Shown here one piece after another: positions 55,041 through 64,000 of a stretch of DNA of 64,000 nucleotides. Both the position numbers and the translations under genes were made by a program. The stretch spans positions 1,001,916 to 1,065,915 of the forward strand of contig OZ252593.1 in NCBI GenBank assembly GCA_965250845.1, given 5' to 3'. This DNA is from Methylophagaceae bacterium (GTDB lineage: Bacteria; Pseudomonadota; Gammaproteobacteria; Nitrosococcales; Methylophagaceae). The notes beneath the pieces are model-generated. The model was given only the letters and a program-made list of their open reading frames with translations, was not told the origin of the DNA and did not search any database. Position 1 is the first letter of the stretch. Each line of letters starts with the position of its first letter.

Positions 55041-55627
55041 AGAATCTAGCCTTAGTGCTATTTTTGATTGCGGCAGCATGGACGTTATTGACATCTGGCC
55101 CTGTTGAATTGGGGCCAGGGGTAAAAGTGACCGAGGCACCGATACAAACGGCGCTTTCAGGTAATGATCGTTTTGCTTTTAAAGACTATCAAATAACCCG
55201 TCTAGCAAACTTTGAAATTAAGGCGAAGATCTTATCTAAAACAGCGTATTCATTTGGCAGAGAATCTAATTTATCTTCCGTAGACCTGGCTTTGGGTTGG
55301 CAGAATATGTCTGATGAAAGCGTGTTAGAGAATATTAAGATTTCACAATCTAATCGCTGGTATTACTGGCGGGTTAAAGAATTTCCTATTCCTCGGAGAG
55401 AAATTGAAACCCAAAGTGCAAATATGCACCTAGTACCAGCGGATAGCTTGGTTGAGGATATGATTAATAGTGTAAAGCAAGGTCAGATTATTGAAATGTC
55501 AGGATCACTTATTCGTGCTGATGCGAGTGATGACTGGCATTGGCAAAGCTCTTTAAGCCGTGAAGATACCGGGGCGAAGGCCTGTGAGCTAGTTTATGTT
55601 GAAAGCATCACTATTGTTCAGCAATAA
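55037..55627 (+). CDS. Exported or membrane-anchored hypothetical protein, translationally coupled to ampG
   Basis: GTGA start/stop overlap with ampG; N-terminal hydrophobic segment; no motif recognised. Confidence 0.6.
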   Translation: MKNLALVLFLIAAAWTLLTSGPVELGPGVKVTEAPIQTALSGNDRFAFKDYQITRLANFEIKAKILSKTAYSFGRESNLSSVDLALGWQNMSDESVLENIKISQSNRWYYWRVKEFPIPRREIETQSANMHLVPADSLVEDMINSVKQGQIIEMSGSLIRADASDDWHWQSSLSREDTGAKACELVYVESITIVQQ

Positions 55628-55650
55628 AAAAAGCCACTATAAATAGTGGC
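55626..55650 (-). terminator. Terminator for ssb (minus strand)
   Basis: GCCACTAT / ATAGTGGC stem. The A-run on the plus strand gives a U-tract on the minus-strand RNA. Confidence 0.6.
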
Positions 55651-55688
55651 CTCAATTATGTTTTTAGATGTTCGTTCTGAGCTAACTC

Positions 55689-56168
55689 CTAGAACGGAAT
55701 ATCATCATCTAAATAATCAGCTCCGCCCTGAGGTGCGCCATAACTAGGACCCGCAGAAGGTGATGCAGGTTGTGGTGTTGCATTTTGTGGCGCAGGAGCA
55801 CTTGGTTGGTAAGCTGGCGCACTACCGCCACTTGCACCTTTGCTATCTAGCATCGTCATTTCATTTGCCATGATCTCTGTTGAATAGCGATCTTGACCAT
55901 TTTGGTCTTGCCATTTACGTGTTTGAATTCGACCTTCAATATAAACTTGAGAGCCTTTGTGTAGATATTGCTGTGCAACTTCACCTAAACGGTTACGCAG
56001 GGTAACGCGGTGCCATTCAGTACGTTCTTGGCGTTCACCTGTTTGTTTGTCTTTCCAGCTTTCAGATGTTGCTAAACGTAGGTTACAAATTGAGCCACCA
56101 TTAGGAAAAGCACGACTTTCAGGTTCTGCGCCGAGTCTTCCGACAAGAATTACTTTATTTACTGACAT
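55689..56168 (-). CDS. ssb: Single-stranded DNA-binding protein
   Basis: OB-fold N-terminus, Pro/Gly/Gln-rich linker, acidic tip DDDIPF. Confidence 0.95.
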   Translation of the reverse strand: MSVNKVILVGRLGAEPESRAFPNGGSICNLRLATSESWKDKQTGERQERTEWHRVTLRNRLGEVAQQYLHKGSQVYIEGRIQTRKWQDQNGQDRYSTEIMANEMTMLDSKGASGGSAPAYQPSAPAPQNATPQPASPSAGPSYGAPQGGADYLDDDIPF

Positions 56169-56225
56169 GGTGTTGCTCCTTAAAGCGTGAATTTATTTTT
56201 GACTGACCATTCTACGATGCCTATA

Positions 56226-56483
56226 CCCAAGCCACGTGAAGATGCAGGTTTCAGAGTTTAGCATGAGCACTAGTGCAAGGCGCAATGTGAAGGCAATGAC
56301 TGGTCCTTGTCAAACATTGTAACGCAGCAATAGTGCTCATGCTAATCTCCCGTAGGGCAAGAGGATAAGCCACACTCTTCGTTGTTATAAAGTCTTAAAT
56401 TAGAATGACTAATTCTACGTCTTTATGCCTAGAATAGTGTGGCTTCTTCTCTTGCTGAATCATACATCTTCACGTGGCTTTGG
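56226..56483. repeat. Nested inverted-repeat structure in the MFS-ssb spacer
   Basis: Outer CCCAAGCCACGTGAAGATG / CATCTTCACGTGGCTTTGG. Inner TTTAGCATGAGCACTAGTGC / GCAATAGTGCTCATGCTAAT and GCAAGAGGATAAGCCACACT / AGTGTGGCTTCTTCTCTTGC. Confidence 0.55.
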
Positions 56484-57864
56484 TATCAGCTTGAAATGCA
56501 TCCAATGCATTTTCATCAATATCATCAGGTGAGAATTTTACATAGGCTACATGCTCATCAACAACAATAATAGTTTCTTCGACACCATGAATATCATTGA
56601 GTTTTTGCGCAATATCATTAGCATTTGTATCAGAAATATTACTTAGGTGAATAATGCGCGTTGAGAGGTGTTTAGGTGGTCGCATCGGCAATATAACGAC
56701 TAACCAAATGAGCGTTAAAATTGTCCCTGCGATAAAAACACCTGATACGCCAAAGTTTGTGAACAGTAATCCACCTGTCGCCCCGCCAATAAAGGCGCCG
56801 ATAAATTGGGCGCTAGAATAAATGCCCATTGCTGTACCTTTATTGGCCAGAGGACTGAGTTTAGACATGAGTGACGGCAAACTCGCTTCGAGAATGTTGA
56901 AGGCAGTAAAGAATAACCATAGACAAAATAACATGCCTGTTAGGGAGTTCGATAACTGGCTCCAACCAAACTGTGCAATGGCTAGAGTGGCAATAGCTCC
57001 GATAAAGATAGGCTTCATTTTTCGGCGTTTTTCGGCAATGATGATAAATGGCACCATGCTGATAAACGCTAAGATCAATACGGGTAAATAAGCGAGGGCG
57101 TGCTGATCTTTAGCTAACCCTGCATGTTCAAATAATGTGATAGGTAGAGCAAAAAAACTAATCGTCAGTAAGCTATGTAAAATCATGATGCTAAACACCA
57201 TTCGCATAATATCGGGATTACGAAATACAGTCATAAATTGTTGGCTGGACGGCTCAATATCACGATGATTAACCAGCCGAGTAGGGGTAGGGACCCAAAG
57301 GTGTAAAACGGCAATGCCAACGAGAGATAAGAGTGCTGTCGCCCAAAAGATACCGGATAAACCAATCCAGCTTTCTAAGGCCGCACCTGCTGCAAGGGCG
57401 ACAGAGAATGACAAGCCAATACTAATACCAATGCTAGCCATTGCCTTGGTTCGATGTTCATCTCGGGTGAGATCGGCAGTCAGGGCCATAATTGCCGCAG
57501 CAATAGCACCGCTACCTTGTAATAAGCGACCAACAATAACCATATAAATAGAATCAGCTAATGCTGCAACGACACTACCCGCTGCGAACAGTAATAAGCC
57601 GATAGTAATGACTCGTTTTCGACCAATACGATCGGATAACATACCAAATGGAATTTGTAACAATGCCTGTGTTAGGCCATAAGCACCAATCGCTAAGCCA
57701 ATCAGCATTGGCGTTGAGCCACTATATTGGCCAGCTGCAAGTGAGAAAACAGGCAGGATCATAAACAATCCGAGCATTCGCAGTGCAAAGATGCTTGAGA
57801 GTCCAGTAATACTCCGCTTTTCTAAAGCAGTCATGGGTGATGTTGTAGTTTGTTTTTGCGTCAT
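56470..57864 (-). CDS. MFS transporter with C-terminal ferredoxin-like soluble domain (YajR-like architecture)
   Basis: 12 TM; [11 protein letters not shown] motif A; about 70-aa cytosolic tail [27 protein letters not shown]... Confidence 0.8.
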   Translation of the reverse strand: MTQKQTTTSPMTALEKRSITGLSSIFALRMLGLFMILPVFSLAAGQYSGSTPMLIGLAIGAYGLTQALLQIPFGMLSDRIGRKRVITIGLLLFAAGSVVAALADSIYMVIVGRLLQGSGAIAAAIMALTADLTRDEHRTKAMASIGISIGLSFSVALAAGAALESWIGLSGIFWATALLSLVGIAVLHLWVPTPTRLVNHRDIEPSSQQFMTVFRNPDIMRMVFSIMILHSLLTISFFALPITLFEHAGLAKDQHALAYLPVLILAFISMVPFIIIAEKRRKMKPIFIGAIATLAIAQFGWSQLSNSLTGMLFCLWLFFTAFNILEASLPSLMSKLSPLANKGTAMGIYSSAQFIGAFIGGATGGLLFTNFGVSGVFIAGTILTLIWLVVILPMRPPKHLSTRIIHLSNISDTNANDIAQKLNDIHGVEETIIVVDEHVAYVKFSPDDIDENALDAFQADTKAT

Positions 57865-57915
57865 AGTGGGCTAGGTAGTATATTGATCTGTTGGTTTATT
57901 TTATACGGAAGCTTA

Positions 57916-60750
57916 ATGAAAAGCATAAGTATTCGCGGTGCACGCACCCATAACTTAAAAAATATTGATGTAGATATACCTCGGGACTCACTGATTGTGA
58001 TCACTGGGTTATCGGGGTCGGGTAAGTCTTCACTTGCATTTGATACCTTGTATGCGGAAGGACAGCGACGCTATGTTGAGTCGCTATCGGCATATGCCAG
58101 ACAGTTCTTGTCGATAATGGAAAAGCCTGATGTTGATCATATTGAAGGCCTCTCTCCAGCCATCTCTATTGAACAAAAATCGACCTCACATAATCCTAGG
58201 TCTACAGTTGGAACGATTACAGAGATTTATGATTATTTGCGCTTATTGTTTGCTAGAGCAGGTGAACCTCGCTGTCCTACACATGATGAACCTTTAGCGG
58301 CCCAAACGATAAGTGAGATGGTTGACCTTGTTCTAGAGATGCCTGCAGGCCAGCGAATGATGATGTTGGCTCCGGTAGTTCAAGATCGTAAAGGTGAACA
58401 TAAAGATATATTAGAGAACTTGCGTGCACAGGGCTTTGTTCGTGCTCGGGTTAATGGTCAAGTTATCGAGTTAGATAATCCTCCTGAACTAGAATTGAGA
58501 AAGAAACATACCATTGAGGCTGTTGTTGATCGCTTTAAAATTAGACCTGATTTAGAGCAACGTCTTGCCGAATCATTTGAAACAGCATTACAGATGACGG
58601 AAGGTGTCGTTCGCATCGCATCAATGGATGATCCTGACGATGAAACACTGTTTTCATCTCAATTTTCCTGCCCGACCTGTAGTTATTCGATTGCTGAGCT
58701 TGAACCTCGCATGTTTTCTTTTAATAATCCTGCGGGCGCATGTGGAACATGTGATGGTTTAGGCGTAAAACAATTTGTTGATCCTGCTCGAGTAGTGGGG
58801 CATCCAGAATTAAGTTTAAATGCGGGTGCGGTTCGAGGTTGGGACCGTCGCAATGCTTATTATCACCAATTATTAAAATCACTTTCGGAACACTATGATT
58901 TTGATTTAGATGTGCCATTTGAAGACTTATCTGACACGGTAAGGAAGGCGGTGCTCTATGGTAGTGGCAAGACTCAGATTAATTTCAGCTATGTGAGTGA
59001 CCGAGGTAAAAGTGTTACGCGGAGTCATACCTTTGAAGGTGTTATTCCTAATATGCAGCGTCGTTATCATGAGACTGAATCAAATAGTGTTCGTGATGAT
59101 TTAGCAAAATATCATACCGTTCGTACTTGTCCTAGTTGCGATGGTGCACGTTTAAATCAAGCATCACGTCATGTGTTTTTAGATAAAACATCATTACCGA
59201 TGGTGAGCGCGTTGCCGATTAGTGAAGTGAAACAGTATTTTGAAGAATTAAACCTACCGGGCAATCGAGGTGAGATCGCCAGTAAGATTGTTGAAGAGAT
59301 TTCGCAGCGCTTAAGCTTCTTAGTGAATGTTGGTTTAGATTATTTAAGTTTATCGCGTAGTGCCGATACTTTATCAGGCGGAGAAGCGCAACGAATTCGG
59401 CTGGCGAGTCAGATAGGGGCAGGATTAGTTGGGGTGATGTATATTCTTGATGAACCTTCGATTGGTTTGCATCAAAGAGATAATGAACGTTTATTGGGTA
59501 CATTAACTCGCCTTCGAGATTTGGGTAATACTGTTATTGTTGTTGAGCATGATGAAGATGCGATTCGCATGGCTGATTATGTTTTAGATATTGGTCCGGG
59601 TGCTGGTGTTCATGGTGGTGAGATTGTAGCTCGAGGAACACCACAAGATATTATAGATAGTGAGCAGTCACTCACTGGTGCATACCTGTCTGGTCGGCGT
59701 AAGATTGAAGTGCCTAAGGAGAGGGTTCCATATCATATCGGTCGTTCAATTTCTGTCCGTGGTGCTTGTGGTCATAATTTACGCAATGTTGATGTTGATA
59801 TTCCTATTGGATTAATGACCTGTGTTACGGGGGTGTCAGGTTCAGGAAAGTCGACACTTATCAATGATACATTGTTAAAAATGACCTCTAAAACGCTGAA
59901 TAATGCATCGGATGAACCTGCTCCTCATCGTGAGGTATTAGGTTTAGAACAATTAGATAAAGTCGTTGCGATTAATCAAAGTCCAATTGGGCGAACTCCG
60001 CGATCAAACCCCGCAACATATACGGGGATTTTTACGCCAGTACGTGAACTTTTTGCTGGCACTCCTGAAGCGCGCTCTCGAGGTTATGGTCCCGGACGTT
60101 TTAGTTTTAATGTTAAAGGCGGTCGCTGTGAATCCTGTCAGGGTGATGGCTTAATTAAAGTAGAAATGCATTTCTTACCTGATATTTATGTACCTTGTGA
60201 TGTGTGTAAAGGTAAGCGTTATAACCGTGAAACATTGGATATTCGTTATAAAGGAAAAACGATTACTGATGTACTGGATATGACGATTGAGGAAGCGAAT
60301 GAGTTTTTCACTAATATCCCAACAGTTGCTAAAAAACTTGAGACATTGATGGATGTGGGTCTAACGTATATCAAGCTGGGACAAAATGCGACCACGCTTT
60401 CTGGTGGAGAAGCACAGCGCGTTAAGTTGGCAAAAGAGTTATCGAAGCGAGATACGGGTAAAACATTGTATGTATTAGATGAGCCAACAACAGGCTTACA
60501 TTTCTTTGATATTGAACAATTGATGAAAGTTTTACATAGTCTGCGTGATCGAGGTAATACTATTGTGGTCATTGAGCATAATTTAGATGTGATTAAAACG
60601 GCAGATTGGGTCATTGATATGGGGCCGGAAGGTGGTTCTGGTGGCGGAATGATTGTAGCGGTTGGAACACCTGAAGAGGTTGCTCAAAATAAGGATTCAC
60701 ATACGGGCCATTATTTGGCGCCATTATTAAGTAAGCTGAGTTCTGGATAA
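57916..60750 (+). CDS. uvrA: Excinuclease ABC subunit A
   Basis: Two ABC modules ([18 protein letters not shown]), zinc-finger Cys pairs. ATG 57916 ([17 protein letters not shown]) preceded by GGAAG. Confidence 0.95.
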   Translation: MKSISIRGARTHNLKNIDVDIPRDSLIVITGLSGSGKSSLAFDTLYAEGQRRYVESLSAYARQFLSIMEKPDVDHIEGLSPAISIEQKSTSHNPRSTVGTITEIYDYLRLLFARAGEPRCPTHDEPLAAQTISEMVDLVLEMPAGQRMMMLAPVVQDRKGEHKDILENLRAQGFVRARVNGQVIELDNPPELELRKKHTIEAVVDRFKIRPDLEQRLAESFETALQMTEGVVRIASMDDPDDETLFSSQFSCPTCSYSIAELEPRMFSFNNPAGACGTCDGLGVKQFVDPARVVGHPELSLNAGAVRGWDRRNAYYHQLLKSLSEHYDFDLDVPFEDLSDTVRKAVLYGSGKTQINFSYVSDRGKSVTRSHTFEGVIPNMQRRYHETESNSVRDDLAKYHTVRTCPSCDGARLNQASRHVFLDKTSLPMVSALPISEVKQYFEELNLPGNRGEIASKIVEEISQRLSFLVNVGLDYLSLSRSADTLSGGEAQRIRLASQIGAGLVGVMYILDEPSIGLHQRDNERLLGTLTRLRDLGNTVIVVEHDEDAIRMADYVLDIGPGAGVHGGEIVARGTPQDIIDSEQSLTGAYLSGRRKIEVPKERVPYHIGRSISVRGACGHNLRNVDVDIPIGLMTCVTGVSGSGKSTLINDTLLKMTSKTLNNASDEPAPHREVLGLEQLDKVVAINQSPIGRTPRSNPATYTGIFTPVRELFAGTPEARSRGYGPGRFSFNVKGGRCESCQGDGLIKVEMHFLPDIYVPCDVCKGKRYNRETLDIRYKGKTITDVLDMTIEEANEFFTNIPTVAKKLETLMDVGLTYIKLGQNATTLSGGEAQRVKLAKELSKRDTGKTLYVLDEPTTGLHFFDIEQLMKVLHSLRDRGNTIVVIEHNLDVIKTADWVIDMGPEGGSGGGMIVAVGTPEEVAQNKDSHTGHYLAPLLSKLSSG

Positions 60751-60970
60751 GCATAGCCATCCAGCACCTTTATTTTAGCGGCTCTCCGCGTTAGATTTAC
60801 TTCCAGTAGCTCGGCTATTGCTGGGTAAATATGCCTTGATATCCACTAAAACAAAAGTACTGGTCATTTGATTCACTGTTATTTTATTTGTTTTGAGCTG
60901 AGACTGTTCACAAGTCAGTGTAAATTATAATATTGCTAACTATTCTTATCCCTTAGTTCAGCTTATTTAA
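60727..60970 (+). repeat. Copy C (complete) of the ~235-bp TTAA-ended element, overlapping the uvrA 3' end
   Basis: TIRs TTAAGTAAGCTGAGTTCTGG / CCTTAGTTCAGCTTATTTAA. Same internal arms CCAGCACCTTTATTTTAGCGG / CCACTAAAACAAAAGTACTGG and blocks as copy B. Confidence 0.7.
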
Positions 60971-61042
60971 GAGTTTCAAGTATTTGTAAGTTTTAATGGG
61001 AGTGTGCTTTAATTAACTTATAATTATATCAAGGATAGTTGT

Positions 61043-63892
61043 ATGTTTTCTATGCATTCTAATCATGTTATATCCAGTGCCGCATTGCCAGAGATGTACA
61101 ATATGGTTTTAATTGTTATTTCTATTTTAATTGCCGTGCTGGCGTCTTTTACCGCATTTGGTACATCAGAGAGGCAATATAATTCCTTATCTCGACGTCA
61201 TAAAATAGCATGGAATTTATTCGGTGCTGTTTCTATGGGCCTGGGGATCTGGGCAATGCATTTTATCGGTATGTTGGCGTTTGGTCTTCCTGTTCCAATT
61301 TCTTATGATGTTGTTATTACCATCGTTTCAATTATTCCTGTTATTTGTGCTTGCAGTGTTGTTTTATGGATGATGACAGAGCAAAAGAAGAATATTACCT
61401 ATTTAGTCTTTGGTGGAACACTAATGGGATTGGGAGTCGGACTGATGCATTATATTGGTATGGCTGCAATGAGAATGGATGCCGTGATGGTGCATGATAT
61501 GTTCTTATTTTATGTGTCCATTTTTGTCGCGATTATTTTAGCCATGATAGCTATTAAAGTTAGTCAGCAAGGTATTACATATACTCAATATCAGTTTATA
61601 ACAAAGCGACAAATTACCAGTGCTACTGTAATGGGGATCGCAATATCTGCGATGCATTATATTGCGATAGCATCGGTAGACTTTTATCCTAGCCAGCAGA
61701 TAAATAACATATCGGGAATAGGTCCTAGTACGCTAACAGTTATGGTGCTTGGCGTTGTTTTTATTATCTTAAGTTTTGCCATCGCCGTGCCATATTTCCT
61801 TCGATATAAACAAATGGTGGGCGTGTTGGATGAAAATATCAAACGGCTTAATATTGCACTGAGTGCTGCAAATCAAGGATGGTTTGATTTTAATCTTCAA
61901 TCGGGTGCTATTTCAGTTAGTGAGAGTTATGCACGTATTTTAGGCTATAGCCCTGAAGAGTTCGAACCAAATATTGAGACATGGAAACAAAATATTCATC
62001 CCGATGATTTCGATCTTACCGTAGAATCTTTTCAAAAAAGTTTATTATCTAAAAGTACTTCTGAGTATGAATATCGTCGAAGAACTAAACAGGGAGTGTG
62101 GATATGGCTGCGTTTGGTATCCGAGGTTGTTGAATGGGATAATGATAACAACCCGATTAGGATGATTGGTATTCAAACGGATATTACTGAAACTAGAGAG
62201 CAGCAAGAAGCGTTAGAAAAGATGGCTCGTTATGATGTTCTGACCCAACTTCCGAATCGGACATTATTTGCTGAGCGGTTCAATCAAGCTGTTACTAAAT
62301 GTGATCAAAACAAGAGTCTATTAGCCATTTGTTTTCTAGATCTAGATAACTTTAAACCTGTGAATGATGATTTTGGTCATGGTATCGGTGATCAATTATT
62401 GATCGACGTGGCTGAGAGAATAACCTCTCACCTTAGAGAGGATGATACTGTTTCTCGCCAAGGTGGAGATGAATTTACACTATTATTGACCAATCTTGAT
62501 TCTGTTGAACAATGTGAACAGATGCTAGAGCGTATTCAACGTTCCTTGGCACAACCTTATTTAATTAATGACTATCCCCATAAGATTAGTGCCTCGATTG
62601 GCGTTACTTTGTATCCTGATGATAATGCTGATGTTGACACCTTGATTCGCCACGCTGATCAGGCAATGTATCAAGCTAAAATAAAAGGTAGAAACCGCTA
62701 TCATTTATTTGATGTATTAGATGTTCAGAGAACGGTAGAAAAACAAAGTCAATTAGCTGAGATAGAAGCGGCTTTAGCGAATGATGAATTTTGTTTGTAT
62801 TATCAACCTAAGGTCAACATGACGACGGGGGAGGTATTTGGGGCTGAAGCATTGGTGAGGTGGAATCACCCAGAAAAGGGAACATTGTCTCCCGCTGTAT
62901 TTTTACCTGTTATGGAAGGAACTGATTTAGAAATAGAATTTGGTCAATGGGTTATTAATCAAGCACTCAAACAGCTTAATGATTGGCACCACTTAGGCGT
63001 AAAACTTGAGGTGAGCATTAACATTTCATCCCATCATATTCAGTCCGAATTATTTTTAGCTCAGATTGATAATGCTTTAACGGCATGGCCAAAGGTGAAG
63101 TCTGATTGTTTACAATTAGAAATTCTTGAAAGTAGTGCTTTAGGTGATCTTGCGGCCGTTAGTAATATTATTAAGATTTGTCAAGATGCTCTTGGTATTA
63201 CTGTCGCACTGGATGATTTTGGCACCAGTTATTCGTCATTAACGCATTTACGTAGCTTGCCCGCAGAGATTATCAAAATAGATCAAAGCTTTGTTCGTGA
63301 TATGTTAGAAGATTCGGGTGATTGTGCCATTGTTGAGGGGGTTATCGCCCTAGCAAACTCATTTAACCGGAAAGTAATTGCTGAAGGTGTTGAAACGGTA
63401 CAACAAGGGGAAATGTTAATCTTGATGGGGTGTAATACTGCACAAGGTTACTGCATTTCTCGTCCTATGCCTGCTCATGATATTCCTGCATGGTTGGATC
63501 AGTATCAACCGAATCAACAGTGGATAGCAATAGGAAATAACACCGCATTATCAGACAAACAGAAGCGCCTTAAATTATTCGGACTGACCGTGTCTAGCTG
63601 GCATAAGCGTTTTATTAATAACCTTCAAGGTGCTTTCGATGAAATTGACTATTGGCCTATTATGGATAAGACAAAGTGCCCCTGTGGTCTATGGATTAAG
63701 CGAGAAAAACAGTTAGGTGAATTTGATAGCGGTTGGTTAGAAAAGATAGACCAATTGCATGAGGCAATGCATGATTTGGCCGACACGTTAAAAAGTGATT
63801 ATTTGAAGGGCGAGTTAAAACAGGTCGATGTTGTATTATTTGATAATGGCTTTGAGGGACTGGCAAATAAACTCATCGAACAGGAGCTGTAA
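61043..63892 (+). CDS. MHYT-PAS-GGDEF-EAL protein with C-terminal CZB (zinc-binding) module
   Basis: Three MHYT-type motifs (AMHFIGM, LMHYIGM, AMHYIAI) in TM helices; RQGGDEF; EALVRW. C-terminal H-x(n)-CPCGLW-x21-HEAMH. Confidence 0.9.
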   Translation: MFSMHSNHVISSAALPEMYNMVLIVISILIAVLASFTAFGTSERQYNSLSRRHKIAWNLFGAVSMGLGIWAMHFIGMLAFGLPVPISYDVVITIVSIIPVICACSVVLWMMTEQKKNITYLVFGGTLMGLGVGLMHYIGMAAMRMDAVMVHDMFLFYVSIFVAIILAMIAIKVSQQGITYTQYQFITKRQITSATVMGIAISAMHYIAIASVDFYPSQQINNISGIGPSTLTVMVLGVVFIILSFAIAVPYFLRYKQMVGVLDENIKRLNIALSAANQGWFDFNLQSGAISVSESYARILGYSPEEFEPNIETWKQNIHPDDFDLTVESFQKSLLSKSTSEYEYRRRTKQGVWIWLRLVSEVVEWDNDNNPIRMIGIQTDITETREQQEALEKMARYDVLTQLPNRTLFAERFNQAVTKCDQNKSLLAICFLDLDNFKPVNDDFGHGIGDQLLIDVAERITSHLREDDTVSRQGGDEFTLLLTNLDSVEQCEQMLERIQRSLAQPYLINDYPHKISASIGVTLYPDDNADVDTLIRHADQAMYQAKIKGRNRYHLFDVLDVQRTVEKQSQLAEIEAALANDEFCLYYQPKVNMTTGEVFGAEALVRWNHPEKGTLSPAVFLPVMEGTDLEIEFGQWVINQALKQLNDWHHLGVKLEVSINISSHHIQSELFLAQIDNALTAWPKVKSDCLQLEILESSALGDLAAVSNIIKICQDALGITVALDDFGTSYSSLTHLRSLPAEIIKIDQSFVRDMLEDSGDCAIVEGVIALANSFNRKVIAEGVETVQQGEMLILMGCNTAQGYCISRPMPAHDIPAWLDQYQPNQQWIAIGNNTALSDKQKRLKLFGLTVSSWHKRFINNLQGAFDEIDYWPIMDKTKCPCGLWIKREKQLGEFDSGWLEKIDQLHEAMHDLADTLKSDYLKGELKQVDVVLFDNGFEGLANKLIEQEL

Positions 63893-63895
63893 TTC

Positions 63896-64000
63896 ATGAT
63901 ATTGGAGCAGGAAATTAAGTTAGAGGTCAATGAGAAAGGGCCGATAGACCTTTCCTTACTCTCGTGCTTATCTGATTTTGGAAATGGTGTTGTTAGCAAA
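63896..64000 (+). CDS. Start of a CYTH-like (triphosphate tunnel) protein, runs off the window
   Basis: MILEQEIKLEV contains the E-x-E-x-K CYTH signature; open to the window end. Only 35 codons are visible. Confidence 0.4.
   Translation, partial: MILEQEIKLEVNEKGPIDLSLLSCLSDFGNGVVSK

Noticed and set aside
57865-57915. LexA/SOS box (CTGT-N8-ACAG) upstream of uvrA and, at 56169-56225, upstream of ssb
   Set aside because: Only a lone CTGT is present upstream of uvrA, with no ACAG partner at the right spacing, and there is nothing convincing before ssb. No claim made.

Overview
Chromosomal window from an AT-rich Gram-negative bacterium. Gene order and protein signatures look gammaproteobacterial, but the exact taxon cannot be determined from the sequence alone. 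Most of the window is conserved housekeeping: prs (partial)-rplY-pth-ychF, pldA, tRNA-Met, hemE, gltBD, and a tkt-gap-pgk-pyk-fba central-carbon operon. It also holds crcB-DUF190-serS-M50 protease-trpS-rluB, hopanoid-type hpnD/hpnE with a 2Fe-2S ferredoxin, ispB, rplU-rpmA-obgE-proB, rpsT, xthA-ampG, ssb and uvrA. There are four c-di-GMP turnover proteins; two are paralogous GGDEF-EAL proteins ending in CZB-like zinc-sensor modules, one of them with an MHYT N-terminus. Accessory content: (i) A ~7 kb integron-type gene-cassette array sits between fba and crcB, with at least four well-formed attC sites but no integrase. It carries small membrane proteins, an AraC plus tandem-SnoaL pair, a 2TM orphan, an AlbA_2/Schlafen-like protein, an IS110-family element with a candidate bridge-RNA end, a RAYT (REP-associated Y1 transposase) and YoeB/YefM. 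(ii) Three copies of a ~235-bp TTAA-ended, hairpin-rich non-coding element lie next to tRNA-Met, between hpnD and hpnE, and over the uvrA 3' end. (iii) A Fic protein is preceded by 41-bp tandem repeats. (iv) An IS982-family element splits an EamA transporter gene. (v) There is a HepT/MntA toxin-antitoxin pair. (vi) Several long intergenic inverted-repeat structures are present. All calls come from reading the sequence and the ORF translations; no database search or folding program was available.
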